A stretch of 32,000 nucleotides of DNA. It comes from Acaryochloris marina MBIC11017 (GTDB lineage Bacteria; Cyanobacteriota; Cyanobacteriia; Thermosynechococcales; Thermosynechococcaceae). The notes below the pieces were generated by a model, which was not told where the DNA came from, did not search any database, and worked only from the letters and a program-made list of their open reading frames with translations. A program made the translations under genes and the position numbers. Positions 8,079 through 14,195 of this stretch are shown here, one piece after another. The stretch's first letter is position 1, and each line of letters starts with the position of its first letter. The stretch spans positions 240,001 through 272,000 of the forward strand of contig NC_009928.1 in the NCBI RefSeq assembly GCF_000018105.1. The letters are read 5' to 3'.

Positions 8079-8147
8079 GAAAAACAAACCTCAAAGGGTC
8101 ACTCTAAAGCTATTTACGGGTTCACCTTAACGGTAACCTGTATACCG
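8079..8147 (+). repeat. rearranged partial copy (F) of the interspersed repeat
   Basis: AAACCTCAAAGGG, GGGTTCACCTTAACGG and TATACCG correspond to pieces of copy B, but in a different order. Confidence 0.35.
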
Positions 8148-8337
8148 ATGGCCTGTACTGCGTTCCAGGGATTTAGTAGGCCGGTAGGGAACCCATAAAT
8201 AGCAAGAGTGCCAGTCCTCTGACATACCCCCCAAGCATATTAACCAATGCGTAGTTTTAGGGCATTTTTGTCAGCTTAAGAAGCTCATGTGATTGCCATG
8301 AGAGGACTGAAAGGTTCCGAAACCTCATCACCAGCAG

Positions 8338-8457
8338 CAAGAAACCCCTCAAAGCTCTTCAGGAGATTCAAGGGGCGACCCTGTATTCATGGACATCAAC
8401 AAGGTCTTAAGGAATGCTTCCCAGAATCTATCAATCAAATTTGAGGAAATCTTGGGG
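8338..8457 (+). repeat. interspersed intergenic repeat, copy C
   Basis: Reads GAAACCCCTCAAAGCTCTTCAGGAGATTCAAGGGG ... CTATCAATCAAATTTGAGGAAATCTTGGGG. Confidence 0.6.
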
Positions 8458-8481
8458 AACGTACGGCTCATCCTTAGCAGC

Positions 8482-8518
8482 AGAATCCCTCTAAAGACTC
8501 GCACTCTAGAGGGATTCT
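8482..8518. other. perfect 12-bp inverted repeat (AGAATCCCTCTA / TAGAGGGATTCT, 13-nt loop)
   Basis: Read directly from the sequence. No T-run follows on either side, so it is not a classical terminator. Confidence 0.5.
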
Positions 8519-8582
8519 AGTCTCAGCCTCTCTCCTAGAACCGTCAGGCTCCTGGGATATTGGCTGATCTTTTATTTTTAAT

Positions 8583-8612
8583 CTATCAATCAACTTTGGG
8601 GAAATTTGGGGG
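8583..8612 (+). repeat. 30-nt box of the interspersed repeat, copy D (CTATCAATCAACTTTGGGGAAATTTGGGGG)
   Basis: It lies 40 nt upstream of the ATG at 8653. This is the same spacing as copy A relative to the ORF at 4799. Confidence 0.55.
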
Positions 8613-8652
8613 AAGGGAAGACACTAGCCTTAATGCTTGCCATAATCCAGAC

Positions 8653-8859
8653 ATGAAACCCACCCAAGCCTTCTACAACGGAACTCCCATCGCCCCACCC
8701 TCAATCCATCTGACGACAGAACAGAAGATGGATCTGCTGGACTGGCATCCGATTTTCACGGGACGGTGCCCGAACTGTGAGAGGCCGATCAGGGAAACAA
8801 CGCCACCGAGGAGTCACTGGGACTGTGCGGAGTGTGGATGGAGGGAGGATTTGGCGTGA
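8653..8859 (+). CDS. small zinc-ribbon protein, 68 aa (CPNC ... CAEC)
   Basis: ATG at 8653. Two CxxC pairs are present (GRCPNCERP...HWDCAECGW). The N-terminus and upstream box are shared with 4799-4948. Confidence 0.5.
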   Translation: MKPTQAFYNGTPIAPPSIHLTTEQKMDLLDWHPIFTGRCPNCERPIRETTPPRSHWDCAECGWREDLA

Positions 8860-9127
8860 TTAGTTTTCATGCTTCAACTCCTTCTTTAATCTCCCGACCC
8901 TGACAGTAAAGAGGACCGCTGATCTCCAAATCTGGGATATCCTCGGCGCTCAGCAAAGATATTCGCTATTCATCCCGTTTAGATCATTCACTTTAGAGTT
9001 CTGCCTCTCTCATGAGCTAAAACGTTTAAAGTCTGGACACTCGCTGAGGGTTGCAATTCTGTACGCACGGTCAAACTTTTTCAAGTTTCTCCGGCAAAGT
9101 CGGGGGGTTACCAATCATTAATTAGTT

Positions 9128-9157
9128 TTGCGTATTTACCCGTTGCGTATTTACCCG
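9128..9157 (+). promoter_or_regulatory. perfect 15-bp tandem direct repeat TTGCGTATTTACCCG x2 upstream of the triple-REC gene
   Basis: Read directly. The repeat ends 53 nt before the ATG at 9211. Confidence 0.5.
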
Positions 9158-9210
9158 TAAAGATATGATGACCCCATTGAGGTGTTTAATTTACGACCCA
9201 AACCCTTCTA

Positions 9211-10926
9211 ATGTCTGACTGTCAAACGTTACTTGATTTTGCCGATCAGTTGATTGAATCCAATACAGGCGCAGTGCTGAGTCAGATACAACGTTTAGTG
9301 CTGATGGAGGCATTAACCCTCCGGGCAAAAGCCAAGACCTATGACCAGGTGGCATCTGAGACAGGTTACTCCAGTGGCTACATTAAAGCAATAGCCGCTG
9401 AACTGTGGAAATTGCTGTCAAAAGTCAGTGGCAAAAAGGTCACCAAAGGTAATGTCCAAACGATGTTGCAACAGCAGCTAAAGCATGAGCCATCACTACT
9501 GCAGGATGGGCGCTTGGTGGTTGAGACAGGGATGCTCCCAAACCGACAGCCAATTATCCCTAAAGCAACGGACGTGACGGCGGTGGTGACGGCGGCTAAA
9601 GCGACTGAAATTAAGGAGACTAACGGTAACAAGACTGACGTTAATCAAGCCGAAGTTAAGGAGAAGGCGACGGTTATACCATCCGTTATTCTGGTGGTGG
9701 ATGACCAGCCTAATATCATGAACCTACTCACCAGCATTATGGAACAGGATGAGTATGAGGTCTGGCAGGCCAGCAGTGGGGCGGAGGGGTTGCAAATGGC
9801 CGCGAAGGTGCTGCCGGATTTGATTTTGCTGGATGTCAACATGCCTGATATGGATGGTTATACCGTCTGCCAGCAGCTCAAGGCAGACCCACAGACTACC
9901 GCCATTCCCATTATTTTTGTCAGCGCCCTGGATGAAACCTGGGATAAGGTGAAAGGGTTTTCCGTCGGTGGCAGTGACTACATTACCAAACCCTTTAACA
10001 CCCTAGAGGTGATTGTTCGCATTGAGGATCAACTGAAAATTCGCCAGATCCAAGACCAAATGCTGAAGGCGGATCAAGCGCCAACTGATTCTCCTCAATC
10101 GAAGCCATCTTCCGCCAAAGCCGTCATTCTAATGGCGGATGATGAACCCAAGAACTTAGCCCTGCTGACGGATGTATTAGAGCAGGAAGGGTATGAAATC
10201 TGGCAGGCGGATAGTGGTGCGGAGGCGTTAAGGGTGGCCGGCATGGTGCTACCGGATCTGATTCTGCTGGATATCAATATGCCCGATATGCAAGGCTACG
10301 ATGTGTGTCAACAACTGAAAGCAAACGCTAAAACCAAACTAATTCCGGTGATTTTTGTCAGCGCCCTGGATGAAACCTGGGATAAGGTGAAGGCATTTTC
10401 TGTGGGAGGCAGTGACTACATCACCAAACCCTTTAACACCCTAGAGGTGATTGTTCGCATTGAGAATCAACTGGAAATTCGCCAGATCCAAGACCAAATG
10501 CTGAAGGCGGATCAAGCGCCAACTGATTCTCCTCAACCGACGCCATCTTCCGCCAAAGCCGTCATTCTGATGGTGGATGATGAACCTAAGAATTTAGCCC
10601 TGCTGACGGATGTATTAGAGCATGATGGGTATGAAATCTGGCAGGCGGATAGTGGTTCGGAGGCGTTAAGGGTGGCCGGCATGGTGCTACCGGATCTGAT
10701 TCTGCTGGATATCAATATGCCCGATATGCAAGGCTACGATGTGTGTCAACAACTGAAAGCAAACGCTAAAACCAAACTAATTCCGGTGATTTTTGTCAGC
10801 GCCCTGGATGAAACCTGGGATAAGGTGAAGGCATTTTCTGTGGGGGGCAGTGATTACATTAATAAGCCGATTCAGATCGTTGAATTAATGGCTCGGATGA
10901 AGCATCAACTGCAAATTTGGCACTAA
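9211..10926 (+). CDS. response regulator with an N-terminal HTH-like module and three receiver (REC) domains, 571 aa
   Basis: There are three copies of the REC signature: DD acidic pair, LILLD(V/I)NMPDM.GY phospho-Asp, FVSAL, and YI(T/N)KP Lys. The N-terminal ~90 aa (LSQIQRLVLMEAL...KTYDQVASETGYSSGYIKAIAAELWKLLSKV) resembles the sigma-r4/LuxR-like HTH seen at N-termini of cyanobacterial signalling proteins. That resemblance is from memory only. Confidence 0.9.
   Translation: MSDCQTLLDFADQLIESNTGAVLSQIQRLVLMEALTLRAKAKTYDQVASETGYSSGYIKAIAAELWKLLSKVSGKKVTKGNVQTMLQQQLKHEPSLLQDGRLVVETGMLPNRQPIIPKATDVTAVVTAAKATEIKETNGNKTDVNQAEVKEKATVIPSVILVVDDQPNIMNLLTSIMEQDEYEVWQASSGAEGLQMAAKVLPDLILLDVNMPDMDGYTVCQQLKADPQTTAIPIIFVSALDETWDKVKGFSVGGSDYITKPFNTLEVIVRIEDQLKIRQIQDQMLKADQAPTDSPQSKPSSAKAVILMADDEPKNLALLTDVLEQEGYEIWQADSGAEALRVAGMVLPDLILLDINMPDMQGYDVCQQLKANAKTKLIPVIFVSALDETWDKVKAFSVGGSDYITKPFNTLEVIVRIENQLEIRQIQDQMLKADQAPTDSPQPTPSSAKAVILMVDDEPKNLALLTDVLEHDGYEIWQADSGSEALRVAGMVLPDLILLDINMPDMQGYDVCQQLKANAKTKLIPVIFVSALDETWDKVKAFSVGGSDYINKPIQIVELMARMKHQLQIWH
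10039..10914 (+). repeat. 438-bp (146-codon) in-frame tandem duplication = REC2 + REC3
   Basis: ATTCGCCAGATCCAAGACCAAATGCTGAAGGCGGATCAAGCGCCAACTGATTCTCCTCAA occurs at 10039 and again at 10477. The units differ by only scattered substitutions until the last ~60 nt. The 3' half of REC1 (~9890-10038) is also near-identical to the matching part of REC2. Confidence 0.9.
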
Positions 10927-11016
10927 AAATTTAACGAGATGACGATGCAACGCCACTCAGCCAGGGATCTCAAACTGACAAAACCGATGGCAAATTTAGC
11001 ATGAAGGAATCATCAG

Positions 11017-13761
11017 ATGAACCCCAAAACACCTTCGCTTTCCCTCCGTTGGGTTCTCATCATTCCATTCGTTGTGCAAATTTTTGCTGCCGTGGGAGTG
11101 GTCGGTTATTTTTCATACCGTAGCGGGCAGCGAGCGGTAGAAGATGTGGTGAATCAGCTCCAAAATGAGATTAGCGATCGCATTACCGAACGCCTCGATA
11201 CATATTTACGCACGCCGAGCCTTGTGGCTGACAATTTGTCACTAGCCATCCAAACCCGAGAACTGGATATCAACCAAATCAATCGAGATTGGGAGCTTTA
11301 TCTTTGGCGACATATTAATCTATACGACAACGTTAAAGGCGTTTATGTTGCCACCGAAGATTTGCAATACAGGCACATCATTTCTCAGGAAGAAGGGCTG
11401 GTGATGGAGCTCTTCTCTTTAGAGGATCAGTTCCTCCGTTATTATTTAGTCGATCCCAAGGGCAGTGTTACCGATGAACTCATAGAAGTTCTGGAAAAAG
11501 AGTTCAAGCCACGCTCTCGTCCTTGGTACACGGCCCCCAAGCAGGCTGGTAAAGCGACATGGACCCCGATTTTTATTTGGGTTCAAGGGGATACGATGAG
11601 CGTCGATTTTGCAACCCCGGTTTATGGTCCATCGCAACAATTCGAAGGGGTGGTGGGAACCAGCTTTTCATTGTCGAATATCAGTGATTATCTTGCCACA
11701 CTTAAAATTGCTGAATCTGGCGAGGCATTTATCCTCGAACGCTCTGGCGCAGTCGTCGCCACCTCCACTGGAGAAAAACCCCATGGGATCGATCTCGACA
11801 GTCAAACAGTTGCGCGATTGAATGCTATAGATAGTCAAAATACTCTGATGCGCCAAACGACTCAATATCTCTTCGATCGCTTTGGCAGCTTAGAGAATAT
11901 CAACTCCCTCACTCAAGATCGCTATAAAATTGAGGGTCGCCAATATTTCTTAAAGGTTGAATCTTATCGTGACAATTTAGGTTTAGATTGGCTGATTGCC
12001 ATTGTCATCCCTGAATCGGATTTTATGGCCCAAATCTACGCCAACATTCGCACGACCCTGGCCCTTTGCCTGGGGGCATTGGGCATTGCTACCTTTTTGG
12101 GCATCCTTACCTCTCGTTGGATTTTGCAACCGATTTTACGCTTACAAATCGCCTCCAACAGCTTGGCGGCTGGGCAACTGGACCAAGCCATTGAGGTTAA
12201 AGGCATCCATGAACTCTCTAGTCTCGGCAGCGCTTTCAACAGCATGGCGAGACAATTGCAAGAATCGTTTCAAGCCTTAGAAGACAACAATGCAAAGCTG
12301 GATCAACGGGTGCAACAACGAACCGCCGAGCTGAAAGTCGCCAAAGAAAAAGCCGAAGTGGCGAACCAGGCCAAAAGTCTGTTTATTGCCAATATGAGCC
12401 ACGAACTGCGCACCCCCCTCAATGGCATTTTGGGCTATGCCCAGGTGTTGGAGCGATCGCCCACTATCTCTGATAAAGCGCAGCAGCAAGTCCACATCAT
12501 TCATAAGTGTGGCACCCATTTGTTGGGCATGATTAACGACATTTTGGACCTGTCTAAGATTGAAGCGGGCAAACTCGACCTGATGCCCAAACCCGTCCAT
12601 CTGACCTCCTGCTTACAGGGGGTTGCCGAAGCCTGCCGGGTGCGGGCCGCCCAAAAGGGACTGGAGTTTGTCTATGCCGTTGACCCAGGGTTGCCCGAGG
12701 GGGTGGAACTGGATGAACAACGGCTGCGACAGGTGCTGTTCAACCTGTTGAGCAATGCCATTAAATTCACCCAGCAGGGCACCGTGACCTTGCAGGTGTC
12801 GGTCGCTGAGGTAACCCGATCCGATTATCGGCGACTGCGTTTTGGGGTAACCGATACCGGCGTGGGCATTGCCCCAGCCCATCTGGATCAGCTATTTAAT
12901 GCCTTTGTGCAAGTGGGCGATCGCCAAAAGCAAGCTGAAGGCACCGGGCTCGGCCTCGCTATCAGCCGCCGACTTGTGCAATTGATGGGCTCACAGATTG
13001 AAGTGCAAAGCGCAGTGGGACAAGGCAGCCAATTTAGCTTTGAACTCGAAGTGCCATTGGCTACCGAATGGGAGCTATCTCCCAGTACCCTACAGAACCA
13101 CGCTATTATTGGCTATGCCGGTGAACGGCGGCGTGTGTTGGTGGTGGATGACCGCTGGGACAACCGCAGTGTTTTGGTCAGTCTCTTGCAGCCCATTGGC
13201 TTTGAAATCGTGGAAGCGGAGGAGGGGCAGCAGGCCCTGGCTGTGCTCCAACAGCAGCCCTTTCATCTCATGATTACTGATTTGGCTATGCCCGTGATGG
13301 ATGGGTTTGAGTTGCTCCGGCAGGTACAACAGTTGCCCATACGCCCCCCCAAAATGCTTGTGTCTTCGGCCTATGTTTCTAAGCAGGAACAGGAACTGGC
13401 GATGGCCGCAGGGGCAGATGCGCTGCTGCCAAAGCCCGTTGATGCGGCCAAGCTGTTTGAGCTTTTGGCGCGTGAGCTAGGGTTGGAGTGGCAATATGTG
13501 GGGAATGAGGCCCCTCAGGACATTACCTCTGCACCCGCAGCGGCAATTACCCTGCCGTCCCGAGAGCGGTTGCGATCAATGTATGACGCGGCGGATGCGG
13601 GGGACTTTCGCATGGTTCGCCGACAGTTGGAGCAGCTGATGGCGACGAACCCAGAGTATGAGGGGTTTGTAAGGCCGCTGCTAGCGTTGGCGAAGAAGCT
13701 GAAGACGGATGAGATTAAGGGGATGCTGGCGCAGTATGTCGATGATGAAGCGTCGGGATAA
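11017..13761 (+). CDS. hybrid sensor histidine kinase (TM - Cache-like periplasmic domain - TM - HAMP - HisKA - HATPase_c - REC), 914 aa
   Basis: The H-box is [15 protein letters not shown], the N-box [13 protein letters not shown]1 DTGVGI and G2 [10 protein letters not shown]. The C-terminal receiver shows [10 protein letters not shown]...[12 protein letters not shown]...LPKP. Two TM helices flank a ~310-aa extracytoplasmic region. Confidence 0.92.
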   Translation: MNPKTPSLSLRWVLIIPFVVQIFAAVGVVGYFSYRSGQRAVEDVVNQLQNEISDRITERLDTYLRTPSLVADNLSLAIQTRELDINQINRDWELYLWRHINLYDNVKGVYVATEDLQYRHIISQEEGLVMELFSLEDQFLRYYLVDPKGSVTDELIEVLEKEFKPRSRPWYTAPKQAGKATWTPIFIWVQGDTMSVDFATPVYGPSQQFEGVVGTSFSLSNISDYLATLKIAESGEAFILERSGAVVATSTGEKPHGIDLDSQTVARLNAIDSQNTLMRQTTQYLFDRFGSLENINSLTQDRYKIEGRQYFLKVESYRDNLGLDWLIAIVIPESDFMAQIYANIRTTLALCLGALGIATFLGILTSRWILQPILRLQIASNSLAAGQLDQAIEVKGIHELSSLGSAFNSMARQLQESFQALEDNNAKLDQRVQQRTAELKVAKEKAEVANQAKSLFIANMSHELRTPLNGILGYAQVLERSPTISDKAQQQVHIIHKCGTHLLGMINDILDLSKIEAGKLDLMPKPVHLTSCLQGVAEACRVRAAQKGLEFVYAVDPGLPEGVELDEQRLRQVLFNLLSNAIKFTQQGTVTLQVSVAEVTRSDYRRLRFGVTDTGVGIAPAHLDQLFNAFVQVGDRQKQAEGTGLGLAISRRLVQLMGSQIEVQSAVGQGSQFSFELEVPLATEWELSPSTLQNHAIIGYAGERRRVLVVDDRWDNRSVLVSLLQPIGFEIVEAEEGQQALAVLQQQPFHLMITDLAMPVMDGFELLRQVQQLPIRPPKMLVSSAYVSKQEQELAMAAGADALLPKPVDAAKLFELLARELGLEWQYVGNEAPQDITSAPAAAITLPSRERLRSMYDAADAGDFRMVRRQLEQLMATNPEYEGFVRPLLALAKKLKTDEIKGMLAQYVDDEASG

Positions 13762-13788
13762 GGGATCTGCGGTACAAGTTGACAAAAT

Positions 13789-13838
13789 CTTACTTTTTCT
13801 AACTCCGTCACTGAAGTAATGAAGTTAGAAAAAGTAAG
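13789..13838 (+). terminator. 16-bp perfect hairpin 28 nt after the kinase stop (possible terminator)
   Basis: CTTACTTTTTCTAACT / AGTTAGAAAAAGTAAG with an 18-nt loop. The stem is AT-rich and has no trailing T-run, so terminator function is uncertain. Confidence 0.4.
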
Positions 13839-13945
13839 GTGGGTCGGCTGTGTAACGCCTCGTAAACAAAACCCGTTAATTTCGCTTCAACTAATTAGGT
13901 TTTAAATCCATTTTTGATGGGGAAACCAACTGGATAATGCTGATT

Positions 13946-13961
13946 TGTGATTTGAATCACG
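13946..13961. promoter_or_regulatory. CRP/FNR-family-type palindrome TGTGA-N6-TCACG
   Basis: TGTGATTTGAATCACG matches the TGTGA-N6-TCACA consensus at 9 of 10 positions. It lies ~235 nt upstream of the RTX gene ATG. Confidence 0.35.
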
Positions 13962-14195
13962 TCTAGAAAAAGACTAGATCACAAGAAGAAAGAAAGTCTT
14001 TCGAACCTGGCTTTTTGCATCACTAAATCTAACTTTTTCGGTATTTCGCCTTATTGAAAAGTTGACGATAGTGGGTTCAACAGCACGGGACATTAAATCC
14101 CACAGCCAGTCTCAACAAATCTGAGGTGCCGATCTAAATACTGGTTGGTATCAAGAGCAAGAAGCTCAACTTACCCACAAAAAGGAGCAAGGACA

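Noticed and set aside
9378-10715. Several 60-84-aa minus-strand ORFs inside the triple-REC gene, two of them near-identical
   Set aside because: They are repeated only because the sense-strand 438-bp unit is duplicated. Their sequence is Ser/Cys-rich and shadow-like.
13380-13761. C-terminal tail of the hybrid kinase as an Hpt domain
   Set aside because: No histidine is present in the ~130-aa tail after the receiver, so it cannot be a canonical Hpt.
11446-13811. Multiple plus- and minus-strand ORFs of 64-107 aa inside the histidine kinase gene
   Set aside because: All lie within a confidently identified 914-aa kinase frame. None has start signals or recognisable motifs.
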